Shown here: positions 1 to 9,349 of the stretch, one piece after another
Layout of the letters: every line of letters starts with the position of its first letter
Numbering within the stretch: the stretch's first letter is position 1
Assembly: GCA_964246665.1 (NCBI GenBank)
Contig: CAXTRU010000001.1
Span: 1 to 38,491 of the forward strand
Source: an uncultured Acidobacteriaceae bacterium
Lineage (GTDB): Bacteria > Acidobacteriota > Terriglobia > Terriglobales > Acidobacteriaceae
DNA length: 38,491 bases
Direction of reading: 5' to 3'
Position numbers and translations under genes: made by a program
Notes under the pieces: model-generated
Told to the model about the DNA's origin: nothing
Databases searched by the model: none
What the model saw: only the letters and a program-made list of their open reading frames with translations

Positions 1-1
1 A

Positions 2-385
2 AAGACATGGCGGTCAAAGGACCTGCAGGGCAAGACGGTGATCCTGTCGACATGCGCCACGTGGTGCGGGCCATGCCGCGAAGAGCTGCCCCGCGTGCAG
101 AAGCTGTACGAGAAGCTCCAGAACCGTGCGGATGTGCAGATCCTGACGCTCAATCTGGACAGCAATCCTGGCGTGGTTACGCCCTTCCTCAAGGAGAAGG
201 GGTACACCTTACCCGTGCTGGCAGCCACGTCTTTGTCAGAGACAATTGATTACATCCCGCAGGTGTGGATCGTCGACGCAAAGGGGAACTGGCGTTGGCG
301 ACTGAGTGGATACGACCAGCAAACGGATGAGGCCTTTCAAACCGACCTACTCGGCCACGTCAAAATGGCCAACGATGGCCAATAA
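2..385 (+). CDS. TlpA/ResA-like thioredoxin-fold disulfide reductase (5'-truncated by window edge)
   Basis: Frame open from base 2: KTWRSKDLQGKTVILSTCATWCGPCREELP with WCGPC redox motif; later YIP and IVDAKG segments typical of the TlpA family. Confidence 0.85.
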   Translation, partial: KTWRSKDLQGKTVILSTCATWCGPCREELPRVQKLYEKLQNRADVQILTLNLDSNPGVVTPFLKEKGYTLPVLAATSLSETIDYIPQVWIVDAKGNWRWRLSGYDQQTDEAFQTDLLGHVKMANDGQ

Positions 386-421
386 CCAAGCCGCTGTTTC
401 GCCCGTCCGCAACCGCGGCGT

Positions 422-1909
422 CTATAACAATCCGCGCGCCTTCACGTCGAGGTATTCACTGACCGCGCGCACGCCGATCTCCTCCGCCGAGGACTCGACG
501 ATGAGCACGCCCTGCCGCTCCAGTTGCGCGATGGTTTCGCGCCGCCGCTCTTCCATTTCGGTCGCCGCAGCCGCGTGAAACATCGCCGCTCGGTCCGCGG
601 GCAGCTCATTGGCCAACGTTGCGAGCTCGGGGTGCCGTAGCAGCACCAGCACCACAACATGCCGTCGCGCCAGTTCCGCCGCGGCGGTCACCAGCTCCGG
701 GCGGCCCGCGGTGTCGGCCAGCTCCGTGATCCAGAGGATCAGACCGCGCCGCCGTTGCAACTGCTTCAGCCGTGCAACGGCGAGCAGCGCATCGCTCTCG
801 CCGGGCTCACTGCGCGTGGCACTCAACAGATCGATCAACAGCCGCAGATGGTTCGGTCCTTGCCCGGGCGGCAACACCTGCTGAATCGTCGTGCCGTAGC
901 TCATCATGCCGAACTTGTCACCGGATTGCCCCACGACCTGCGCCAGCATGGTCGCTGCCGTGGTTGCCTGGTCCAACTGCGTCACGGTCAGCCGGTGAGC
1001 GTCGTCGCGCTCGGCCTCAGTCTCGCCGACGAATTCGGGACCATCGCCGCGCCGCAACTCAAATGCCGTGCGCGAAAGGCGCCCTGCGTCCAGCACCGCC
1101 CACACCTGCTGGCTACGCTCCGCCATGAACTGCCGCGTCACCACCTTGCCGCGCCGGGCCGTGGCGGTCCAGCTCACCGCGCGCAGCTCGTCGCCGGGCT
1201 GGTACTCGCGCAGCGACTCAAACTCACGCCCACCCCCGCGCAGGCGTTGCTGGCGCCGCTGCCGTTCCATCTGCCGCGCACGCATCAGGAAGAACTCGTT
1301 ATCGCCACGGGCCTGCTCGTGCGCCGGGTACACGCGCACACGTTGCGGTGCGGCATTCGGTTCACCATCGACGTCTACAGCGGGCGACGCCGCGCCCCAG
1401 CGCTCAGCAAGCCCTAAAGCTCCGCGCCAACGCAGAAATACCAGCCCCAACGTGAACTCGCCGCGCTCTCGCGGCCAAACTGTGAGCGCCACCTTCGCGG
1501 CTTCGCGCGGAAACACCTCGACGCGCCGTGTCTCCGGCACACCGACCAGCGCTGGATGGAGGTTGTCAATCACCCTGGCTTGCAGCACCTGCTCACTCTC
1601 GCTCAGCACCCCAAGCTCAACGCGCGTCGCCATGCCGAGCTGGGGTGAGTCGAGAAACGTGCGCGACACCTGCAGCTGTCGCGGGCGGGGCAGCCGCCAG
1701 GCCTCCCATAAGACAAGCAGCAGGACCAGCAGATCCCAGCCCGCCATGAACCACACGGCGCGCGGATGCCAAAACGCCGGCAAGGCCAACGCTGTTCCCG
1801 CGACGATGAGCCACATCGCCCGCGGCGTCAGCCCAAAGCCAAGCCAGCGGCCCGTGCGGCCGATGGGACGCGCGCGGCCCGTTGCGGGCGAGGGCATCAA
1901 CGTGCGCAT
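422..1909 (-). CDS. DUF58 domain protein (MoxR-associated, vWA-like)
   Basis: EFESLREYQPGDELRAVSWTATAR and VLDAGRLS motifs, N-terminal TM helices; ATG at 1909 with GAGG upstream. Confidence 0.88.
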   Translation of the reverse strand: MRTLMPSPATGRARPIGRTGRWLGFGLTPRAMWLIVAGTALALPAFWHPRAVWFMAGWDLLVLLLVLWEAWRLPRPRQLQVSRTFLDSPQLGMATRVELGVLSESEQVLQARVIDNLHPALVGVPETRRVEVFPREAAKVALTVWPRERGEFTLGLVFLRWRGALGLAERWGAASPAVDVDGEPNAAPQRVRVYPAHEQARGDNEFFLMRARQMERQRRQQRLRGGGREFESLREYQPGDELRAVSWTATARRGKVVTRQFMAERSQQVWAVLDAGRLSRTAFELRRGDGPEFVGETEAERDDAHRLTVTQLDQATTAATMLAQVVGQSGDKFGMMSYGTTIQQVLPPGQGPNHLRLLIDLLSATRSEPGESDALLAVARLKQLQRRRGLILWITELADTAGRPELVTAAAELARRHVVVLVLLRHPELATLANELPADRAAMFHAAAATEMEERRRETIAQLERQGVLIVESSAEEIGVRAVSEYLDVKARGLL

Positions 1910-1999
1910 GACTCGGCCTCCACAACCGCACGAGGGGCAACCGCGTCCCATAAGCAGCCCGATCGCACGCAAACCAACTTCGCCGAAAAAGGCCAATCC

Positions 2000-2284
2000 A
2001 TGCGCCTCCCCCATATTGTTGCCGCTCTCAGCGTCGGCCTGCGTACCTGGACGGCGCATGCCTGCACTGTGTGCGACTCACGCAACGGCCAGCAGCTACG
2101 AGCAGGCCTGTTCGACGGCCACTTCGTCCATACAGCGCTGCTGGTGGGCGCTCCCGTGCCCGCCTTGCTGTTCGCTGTATTGTTCAGCCAGAGCGTTTTG
2201 CTGCGTTTCACGCTGCCGAGCGTTGCAGGCGTGGACATCAGTGCGGCCTTCGCTGATTCGTTGGCGGCGGAGTTGCCGGCATGA
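2000..2284 (+). CDS. Small exported/membrane protein with CxxC (partner of DUF2243 gene)
   Basis: Signal-like N-terminus ending AHA, then CTVCDS..GQQLRAGLFDG and a TM helix; its TGA overlaps the ATG at 2281 (ATGA coupling). Confidence 0.65.
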   Translation: MRLPHIVAALSVGLRTWTAHACTVCDSRNGQQLRAGLFDGHFVHTALLVGAPVPALLFAVLFSQSVLLRFTLPSVAGVDISAAFADSLAAELPA

Positions 2285-2784
2285 CGCCCTAGCTGGGATC
2301 GCGTCCGCTGCTGACGGGGGGCACCTTCATTGGCGTCGGCATGGGCGGCTTTGTGGATGGCATCCTGTTCCACCAGATTCTGCAACTGCACAACATGCTG
2401 TCCAACCGCGTGCTGCGGGATTCGCTGGTAAACGAGCAGATCAACATGGTGTGGGACGGCTTTTTTCATGCGTTTACCTGGACTGCCGTGGCCGTCGGCA
2501 TTGTGCTGCTGTGGCGTGCCGTGACGCGCCCGGGCGCGCTGCTCTCGGGCAAGGCGCTGGTGGGCGCCGTGCTTTGGGGATGGGGCCTCTTCAACCTTGT
2601 GGAAGGCACCATCGACCACCAGATCCTGCAAATCCATCACGTCTACCAGAATGGCAACCACCTGTTGTGGGACATGGTCTTCCTTGCGTCGGGCATCATG
2701 CTGGCAGCCGTGGGCTGGTTGTTGATCCGGAGCGGCTTCAGCGAGGCCATCGCCGTCGGCCGCGAGGTGCGTCCTTCGCTGTAA
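2281..2784 (+). CDS. DUF2243-family membrane protein; in-frame TAG at codon 4 (possible pseudogene, or shorter start at 2341)
   Basis: GGFVDGILFHQILQLHNM, WDGFFH and EGTIDHQILQIHHV His-rich motifs; frame from ATG 2281 reads MTP*LGSRPLLTGGTFIGVGMGG. Confidence 0.75.
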
Positions 2785-2806
2785 GCCGTGGTTGCAGGCC
2801 CAGCGG

Positions 2807-3796
2807 CTACTTCGGCACAGGCGTCGCCTGCAAAACCTCCCTCACCACGCGATCCGGATCGAGCCCTTCCAGCTCCGCCTCAGGGCGCAGCACCAGGCGG
2901 TGGCGAAGCACGGGCACTGCGGCTTCCTTCACGTCGTCCGGCACCACGAAGTCGCGGCCTTCGCGCGCGGCCAGCGCCTTGGCTACCAGCAGCAGTGATG
3001 TGCTCGCGCGTGGGCTTGCGCCCAGCGAGATCGCCGGCCACTCGCGTGTGCGCCGCACCGCGCTGAGGATGTAGTCAAAGATGGCGGGCTCCACGCGCAC
3101 GCTGCGGATCTCGCGCCGGGCCTGCGCCAGCAAAGCAATGGGCGCGCTTTCCAATGGCACTTCGGCAAGCCCGGTGGGCTCCCGGCTCGCGTGGTGGCGC
3201 TCCAGCAAGGTGCGCTCATCCTGCGCGGTGGGGTAGGGGATCGTGATCTTCAGCAGGAAGCGATCCAGCTGCGCTTCGGGCAAGGGATAGGTGCCTTCAA
3301 ACTCGACTGGATTTTGTGTGGCGAAGACTGTGAAAAAGGCGTCCAGCACGTGCCGCTCGCCGTCCGCTGTTACCTGGCGCTCTTCCATGGATTCCAGCAG
3401 CGCCGCCTGTGTGCGGGGCGGCATGCGGTTCACTTCGTCGGCGAGCAGGAACTGCGTGAACACAGGCCCGGGGTGGAAGCGAAACTCAGCCGCGCGGTCC
3501 CCGAAACCCGGCGTAAACACCGTTGTGCCGAGGATGTCGGCGGGCATCATGTCCGGCGTGCCTTGCACCCGGCGAAAGCCGAGCCCGAGAAAGCGCGCCA
3601 GCGTCTTTACGGTCAACGTTTTGGCCACGCCAGGGACGCCCTCGATCAGGGCATGACCGCCGCACAGCATGGTCGCCAGCGCTTGCGCAACGGCCTCATC
3701 CTGGCCCGCGATGATGCGGCCGATCTCCCCGGCACCGCGCCGAAACAGCTCTTCTGCGGCGGCGACACCGCCCTCGGTTGCTAAGTATTCAGCCAT
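2807..3796 (-). CDS. moxR: MoxR family AAA+ ATPase
   Basis: EGVPGVAKT (Walker A), LLADEVNR (Walker B), ATQNPVEFEGTYPLPEAQLDRF, GASPRA. Confidence 0.93.
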   Translation of the reverse strand: MAEYLATEGGVAAAEELFRRGAGEIGRIIAGQDEAVAQALATMLCGGHALIEGVPGVAKTLTVKTLARFLGLGFRRVQGTPDMMPADILGTTVFTPGFGDRAAEFRFHPGPVFTQFLLADEVNRMPPRTQAALLESMEERQVTADGERHVLDAFFTVFATQNPVEFEGTYPLPEAQLDRFLLKITIPYPTAQDERTLLERHHASREPTGLAEVPLESAPIALLAQARREIRSVRVEPAIFDYILSAVRRTREWPAISLGASPRASTSLLLVAKALAAREGRDFVVPDDVKEAAVPVLRHRLVLRPEAELEGLDPDRVVREVLQATPVPK

Positions 3797-5072
3797 TCGT
3801 CCTCACGTTCCTATTGTTTGCCACGGCTTGCAGGGATGGTTGCTCCGTCGCTCGCGCCTGCGACGCCGAAGATGCCATTGCAGTTTCGCGCGGCAGCAGG
3901 GCACGGCGCACTCGCTCTGCATCCTCCCCCAGGGCACGTACCAGATGCAACGCGCTGGTCGTTCTCGGGTTGGCATCGGCGGCCAGCGCCGCCTCGCGCA
4001 GGTGATCGCCAACGCTTTGCCAGCGGCCGCCGAAGCGTGTTTGCAGCGCCTCAACAATGGCTTCCGGGCTGGCGCTCACCGTGCGTTGGGCAAGGCCGGC
4101 TTCCCGCACCAACACGCGCTCCAGGCGGCGTCGCGCAGCTTCGGTCGCCGCGCCCGTAGCGCCGGCCTTCTCGTACAGGTCGCCCATGCTCACGGCGAAC
4201 TCCACGGGCGACGAGCGCGGCACGCCCGCAGGCAAACGAATCGGCCCACGCCGCCGGCTGAACGAAAACACCAGCAGCCCAAAGACGGCAACTGACTGCG
4301 CCAGCAGCCACCACAAGGGAAGACCGCGCGTGGCGCTCCACTGCGTGCGCGTGGTCTGCTGCAGCGACTCATCGAACAGCACACGACGTTGGCTGCCAAG
4401 GCTCGCGAGCAGCAATTTCAAATCCGCATCGTTGTGCAGCTCTGCATTGGTCAGGGGGCTTGCGGAACTCCACCAGATCGCCTCGCCGCGACCGTAGGGC
4501 ACGCGCACCACCACGGCATCCGGACCGCAGCGCTGCTCCACAAACACCCGCGGACCTTCGCCGTCCCAGCGCGCCACATTGCGGATCTCGACCTCGCCGG
4601 CACGCGCCAGGGCGCCCGGGCCCTCGGGCTGCGTGTAGCAAAGATCGCTCAGCCGCCGGCTGCCTTTCACGGCACCGCCCGGCAGCAACAGCGCCCCCTC
4701 CGCCCCGGTAGTTACGACCCGTCCGCCACGCTCAAGGAAGCTCTTTACGACGGCTGCGAGACGGTCCTTTTCGAGCGCGGTATAGGCCGGCGCTGCGAGC
4801 AGCAGGGTTGTTTGTGCGGCATCCACCGAGGCCAGGTCATCCAGCGGCTGGTCCCAGCGCGCCACCGGGCGACCCATGCTTTCCAGCATCAGGAACGCCG
4901 CCTTCGCCCCGCCGGGCGCCGTGTTGTAGCTGGAGGGCCGTGGGTCGTTGTTGGCGGTGGCCGGGGCAATTACGCTAACCGCCACAATCAGCAACAGCAC
5001 AACCCCGCCAAGCCAAAGCATCAGGCGCTTGTCGAGGTTCGGGGCGCTGCCCGCGGCAGCGATGGCGGGCAC
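3789..5072 (-). CDS. DUF4350 domain membrane protein
   Basis: N-terminal TM, SSYNTAPGGAKA, VLFDE, second TM followed by RRRGP; overlaps moxR start. Confidence 0.8.
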   Translation of the reverse strand: MPAIAAAGSAPNLDKRLMLWLGGVVLLLIVAVSVIAPATANNDPRPSSYNTAPGGAKAAFLMLESMGRPVARWDQPLDDLASVDAAQTTLLLAAPAYTALEKDRLAAVVKSFLERGGRVVTTGAEGALLLPGGAVKGSRRLSDLCYTQPEGPGALARAGEVEIRNVARWDGEGPRVFVEQRCGPDAVVVRVPYGRGEAIWWSSASPLTNAELHNDADLKLLLASLGSQRRVLFDESLQQTTRTQWSATRGLPLWWLLAQSVAVFGLLVFSFSRRRGPIRLPAGVPRSSPVEFAVSMGDLYEKAGATGAATEAARRRLERVLVREAGLAQRTVSASPEAIVEALQTRFGGRWQSVGDHLREAALAADANPRTTSALHLVRALGEDAERVRRALLPRETAMASSASQARATEQPSLQAVANNRNVRTNG

Positions 5073-6055
5073 TACACGCCTCCCGTCGCTGCGATTGTTG
5101 TGTTCGTTGCGGCTGAAGCCGATCGCTCCGGCCGGGCAGCTTCGAGCGCCTGATAGCTGCGGAGTGCGGCTTCATACGCGCTCGCCCCGGCCTCGCCATG
5201 GCCGTACCAGGTCCGTTCAAAGACGCGGGTCAACTCGCGTAACGCCCCTTGTGCCTCCGAGCCCGGCTTCAACAGTCGCAGGTATTCGCGGGGTGTGCGC
5301 GTTGCGTTAGCCTTCCAGGCGCGACGGCCTTCCATCAGCGCGATCGCTGCCCAAAACAGGCAATGGACCGCGTCGCGCCAGTCTTCGGCGGCGGCTCGCT
5401 CCTGCATCGCGCCTTCGCTCAACGAGATGCGCAGCGCCTGCCGCGCCAGGCTTTGGCGCACAAACCACAGCAGCCCTGCCGCGGCCAGCGCAAAGCAGCC
5501 CCATTCCACCGCGGGCGCCAGCCACGGAGCGCGTTTGCCCAGCCGGTCCATGCCGGTGAAAAGGCGCAGCACCCAGTCCTGCAGCTTGGCAATCTGGCGG
5601 TCGAACCAGGTTGGGCCTTCCGCGGCGCGAAACTCGTCGCGGGCCAGCGCACGGTTCGCGGCGGCGCGTGCCTGGTTGAACGCGGCGGTCTCCGTTGCGG
5701 GCGCAAGGGCACCGGCGTCGCGGACAAGTGCCGTCAGATGCTCGTCTGCGGCCTGCATCGCTTTCTGTCTATCTGTCGCCGACGCGTTCTTCGCCCCGTT
5801 CAGAGCCTCCCGCAGCCATCCCCAATTTGTCGTGAAGGCGCCTGCCGGGCCGCCGCTCACCCGCTGCGGCGCGGGCAAGCTAGCCGCGTCACAGGCTGCA
5901 GCTGTCCCCCGGCAGCCGGCAATCAACTGCCGGGCCGCGACGGTTTGCGCCTGAAAGACGCTGAAGGGCACGGTCTGTAGGTTGTCCGCCCGTGCCTCTA
6001 CGCTCGCGGATAGCACGAACAGAGCTGCCCAGAAAGCCAGGCTACGCAACGGCAC
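5072..6055 (-). CDS. DUF4129 domain protein
   Basis: C-terminal TRTPREYLR...LTRVFERTWYG motif; signal-like N-terminus from GTG 6055 (start uncertain). Confidence 0.78.
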   Translation of the reverse strand: MPLRSLAFWAALFVLSASVEARADNLQTVPFSVFQAQTVAARQLIAGCRGTAAACDAASLPAPQRVSGGPAGAFTTNWGWLREALNGAKNASATDRQKAMQAADEHLTALVRDAGALAPATETAAFNQARAAANRALARDEFRAAEGPTWFDRQIAKLQDWVLRLFTGMDRLGKRAPWLAPAVEWGCFALAAAGLLWFVRQSLARQALRISLSEGAMQERAAAEDWRDAVHCLFWAAIALMEGRRAWKANATRTPREYLRLLKPGSEAQGALRELTRVFERTWYGHGEAGASAYEAALRSYQALEAARPERSASAATNTTIAATGGV

Positions 6056-6074
6056 AGGACTGCAAGATCGCCGG

Positions 6075-7142
6075 TTACTGCAGAGGCGCATAGCCCTCCG
6101 CCAAAGCTGTCGTCTCCGCATGCGGCGGCCTGCTCGCGCCCGGGCCGCGCGCACCTTCCAGCAGGAGTTGCAAGTCCAACGCTTCCTTGCGCACCCGCTG
6201 GTCGAAGTACAACAGCGTCATGCCGATCTCGCCCACCGGGGACACCACGGTGTGGCCGACGAAGGTGATCAACAGGGCTAGCCCCCGTGCCAGGTAGTGC
6301 TCCTGATTGGGCGCAGCCACCATTAGCAGGCTGATGGGCGTTTGCAGCACGGCCACCACCTCCAGCAGCGCGACGGCCACCAGGCCCACGACAAAGATGC
6401 GGCCCTTGGTGCCCGCAGCCAGCAGCTTGCTGCGGCGCATCGCTGGACGGATCGTCAGGCCCTCGGTCACCGCCGCGGGGATAGCCAGGCTATTTCGCAT
6501 ATACAAGATGATCCCAACGGGCACCCCCGCCAGAACGGCCAGCGAGAACAGAAGGGCGCCGACGCCGATCAAGACGTTGTTGGCTGAGCGGCTGCCTAAG
6601 CCGATCAGGACAAGTCCTGGGATGGCGGCGGCAGCGGGCACCCAGAGAAAGCTTCCAAGCCTCCAGAATTGGATCCCGATATATCGGTACCACCGTTGCA
6701 CCACCGTTCCCAAGGCGAGCTTCACACTGGCGGGACGCTCCAGGTACACGTTGCCCAGCGCCAGCGCCGTGGCCGCCTGGGTCACCGCCGTGATGAGAAA
6801 GAAGAGCAGCGCCACGAGGTAGCTGCCGAGCTGCGCCGTGCCCATGGTCCGCAGCGTAAGCAACGCAGCTGCCGGCGAGGTCGCGGGGGTCAGTGCGCCG
6901 CTGCGCGCAAGCTTGTGCGCCGCCGCCAGTGACACGCCTTGGCCGACCATGTTGACTGCCGCGGCCGTCATGGCAATCCCGGCGAAGAGCCAAAAGCGTG
7001 ACCGGTAAAGGGCAAAGGTGCGATCCAGGACCTCGCCCAACGAGAGCGGTCGAAGCTCAAAACGAGCCGCCGGCTTGCCCGCCCACGCCGTCCCGGCAGA
7101 CTCCTGCGGCTGTGCCGGTCGTACCCACTCCTGGTCTGCCAT
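6075..7142 (-). CDS. Polytopic membrane protein of the MoxR cluster
   Basis: LRPLSLGEVLDRTF N-terminus, several TM helices, LLYFDQRVRKEALDL C-terminal motif; GGAGGG RBS before ATG 7142. Confidence 0.8.
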   Translation of the reverse strand: MADQEWVRPAQPQESAGTAWAGKPAARFELRPLSLGEVLDRTFALYRSRFWLFAGIAMTAAAVNMVGQGVSLAAAHKLARSGALTPATSPAAALLTLRTMGTAQLGSYLVALLFFLITAVTQAATALALGNVYLERPASVKLALGTVVQRWYRYIGIQFWRLGSFLWVPAAAAIPGLVLIGLGSRSANNVLIGVGALLFSLAVLAGVPVGIILYMRNSLAIPAAVTEGLTIRPAMRRSKLLAAGTKGRIFVVGLVAVALLEVVAVLQTPISLLMVAAPNQEHYLARGLALLITFVGHTVVSPVGEIGMTLLYFDQRVRKEALDLQLLLEGARGPGASRPPHAETTALAEGYAPLQ

Positions 7143-7423
7143 CGGGCCCTCCATCCTCTTATCGGCAAAACAAGAAAAAGCTTTAGCTTTTTTCCGGCCG
7201 CCACCTGAATGCGTTTGGGGGCATGGTAGCACCCGCACAGGCATGCAGGTGATTCGGTGCCTTTCCTGTGGCCTGGGCTGTTCTAACGGCGTTAGCGCGC
7301 GTGAGAGGATGGCTGCCATGGAGAGGGTTCTGGAGGTCGTGTGGGCTCTGGGCTAAGAAGCACTCGATCCCGCTCGGGTTGGCAAATTGGATTTGTGCTT
7401 TTTTATAATGAGCACTGAAGACT

Positions 7424-9289
7424 ATGTCCAAACTTGAGTTCCAAACCGAAGTCAGCCAGCTACTGCAACTGCTTGTCCATTCGCTGTATTCCCACCCGGA
7501 GATCTTTCTTCGCGAGTTGATCTCCAACAGCTCCGATGCGCTGGATAAGCTGCGCCATTTGACCGTTGTTGATGAGACGTTCAAGGGCTTTCCGTTCAAC
7601 CCGCGGATTGACCTTGAGCTTGATGAAGACGCGAAGACCTTGACCATTGCCGACACCGGCATTGGCATGAACGAAGCCGACCTGATCGCGCACCTGGGTA
7701 CGATTGCGCGCTCCGGGACGAAGAACTTCCTTTCGCAGCTTTCGGGTGATGCGAAGAAGGATTCCAACCTGATCGGGCAGTTTGGCGTTGGGTTCTATAG
7801 CGCCTTCATGGTCGCCGACCGCGTCGAGGTGGTGTCGCGCAAAGCGGGCGAAGAGCAGGCCTGGCGCTGGACCTCGGATGGCAAGACCGGGTTTGACATT
7901 GAGCCGGCAGAGCGCGCCGTTGCGGGCACCACGGTGCTGCTGCACCTGAACGAAGAAGGCCAGGGGTATGCCAACAGCTGGCGGCTGCGCGAGGTGGTGA
8001 AGAAGTACTCTAACCACATCGCGTTTCCAATCTTTCTGACCTATGACAAGCCGGAGTGGAACGAGGCCGAAAAGAAGTCAGACAAGGTGCGCACGACCGA
8101 GCAGGTGAACGCCGCCAGCGCCATGTGGCGGCGCTCGAAATCCGAACTGACGGACGAGGACTACAAGGAGCTGTACAAGTCCATCAGCGGCGATCCGGAA
8201 GATCCGTTGTTCTGGTTCCATACGCGGGCGGAAGGCACGTTGGAGTACACGACGTTGTTCTTTATCCCGTCGCATGCGCCGTTTGACCTGTACCAGGCGG
8301 ATTACAAGCCCGGCGTGAAGCTGTATGTGAAGCGCGTGTTCATCATGGACGACGCGAAGGAGTTGTTGCCGGTGTACCTGCGCTTTGTGCGCGGCATTAT
8401 CGACAGCGAAGACCTGCCGCTGAATGTCAGCCGCGAGATCCTGCAGCAGAATCGCGTGCTGACGAGCATTCGCACGGCCAGCGTGAAGAAGATCCTGTCT
8501 GAGCTGAAGAGCGTGGCGGAGAAGGAGCCGGAAAAGTATCTCAGGTTCATTAAGGAGTTCAACCGGCCGCTGAAAGAGGGCGTGTACTCCGACTTTGCAA
8601 ATCGCGAAACGCTGCTGGACCTGATCCGTGTAAAGAGCACAAAGGTGGAGGGCCTGACGAGCCTGGCTGACGCGAAGGCGCGCATGGGGGCCGAGCAGAA
8701 GAGCCTGTACTACATCACGGGTGGAAGCGAGTCGCTGCTGCGGAACTCGCCGCTGCTGGAGATCTATCGCAAGAAGGACATCGAGGTATTGATTCTGGAT
8801 GACGACTTCGATGAGATTATCTTTGCCGGCGTGGACAAGTATGGCGAAACGGACTTCAAGGCGGTCAGCAAGACGTCAACCAGTGAGGACTTGAAGTCTG
8901 ACACGGAGCCGGAAGAAGCCGAGGCGCTGAAGCCGCTGCTGGCAAAGCTGAAGGGCGTGCTGGGCGACCGCGTGAAGGATGTGCGCGTGTCGGCGCGGCT
9001 TGCCGATAGCCCCTCGTGCATCGTGTCGGATGAGGAAGAGCCATCGTTGCAGATGCAGCAAATGCTGCGTGCGATGGGGCAGAAGGAGATGCCATCGCCG
9101 AAGCCGACGCTGGAGATCAACCCGGATCACGAGATCGTGAAGAAGCTGCAGGCGCGGGTGGACGACAGCGTGGTGGAAGATGCGGCGTGGTTGCTGCTGG
9201 ATCAGGCGTTGCTGATGGAAGGCCTGCCCCTGCAAGAGCCGGCGACGTTTGTGCAGCGGCTGAACCGTGTGTTGAATCAGTCGATGTAG
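7424..9289 (+). CDS. htpG: Molecular chaperone HtpG (Hsp90)
   Basis: IFLRELISNSSDA, DTGIGM, IGQFGVGFYSAF, DSEDLPLNVSREILQ, LEINPDH. Confidence 0.98.
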   Translation: MSKLEFQTEVSQLLQLLVHSLYSHPEIFLRELISNSSDALDKLRHLTVVDETFKGFPFNPRIDLELDEDAKTLTIADTGIGMNEADLIAHLGTIARSGTKNFLSQLSGDAKKDSNLIGQFGVGFYSAFMVADRVEVVSRKAGEEQAWRWTSDGKTGFDIEPAERAVAGTTVLLHLNEEGQGYANSWRLREVVKKYSNHIAFPIFLTYDKPEWNEAEKKSDKVRTTEQVNAASAMWRRSKSELTDEDYKELYKSISGDPEDPLFWFHTRAEGTLEYTTLFFIPSHAPFDLYQADYKPGVKLYVKRVFIMDDAKELLPVYLRFVRGIIDSEDLPLNVSREILQQNRVLTSIRTASVKKILSELKSVAEKEPEKYLRFIKEFNRPLKEGVYSDFANRETLLDLIRVKSTKVEGLTSLADAKARMGAEQKSLYYITGGSESLLRNSPLLEIYRKKDIEVLILDDDFDEIIFAGVDKYGETDFKAVSKTSTSEDLKSDTEPEEAEALKPLLAKLKGVLGDRVKDVRVSARLADSPSCIVSDEEEPSLQMQQMLRAMGQKEMPSPKPTLEINPDHEIVKKLQARVDDSVVEDAAWLLLDQALLMEGLPLQEPATFVQRLNRVLNQSM

Positions 9290-9315
9290 TGAAATGATCT
9301 CCGGTATGCAAATCA

Positions 9316-9349
9316 AGCCCAGCTGAACTCACCTGAGTTCAGCTGGGCT
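9316..9349. terminator. Perfect 16-bp inverted repeat between convergent genes; probable bidirectional terminator
   Basis: AGCCCAGCTGAACTCA-cc-TGAGTTCAGCTGGGCT between the htpG and acyltransferase stops; no clear U-tract. Confidence 0.6.

Noticed and set aside
47-76. STCATWCGPC instead of the usual xxWATWCxPC in TlpA
   Set aside because: Single substitution with the CxxC intact; cannot tell variant from sequencing error
1068-3074. 668-aa plus-strand ORF
   Set aside because: Shadow frame overlapping DUF58, the DUF2243 cassette and moxR; Arg/Ser/Pro-rich with no motifs, typical of high-GC DNA
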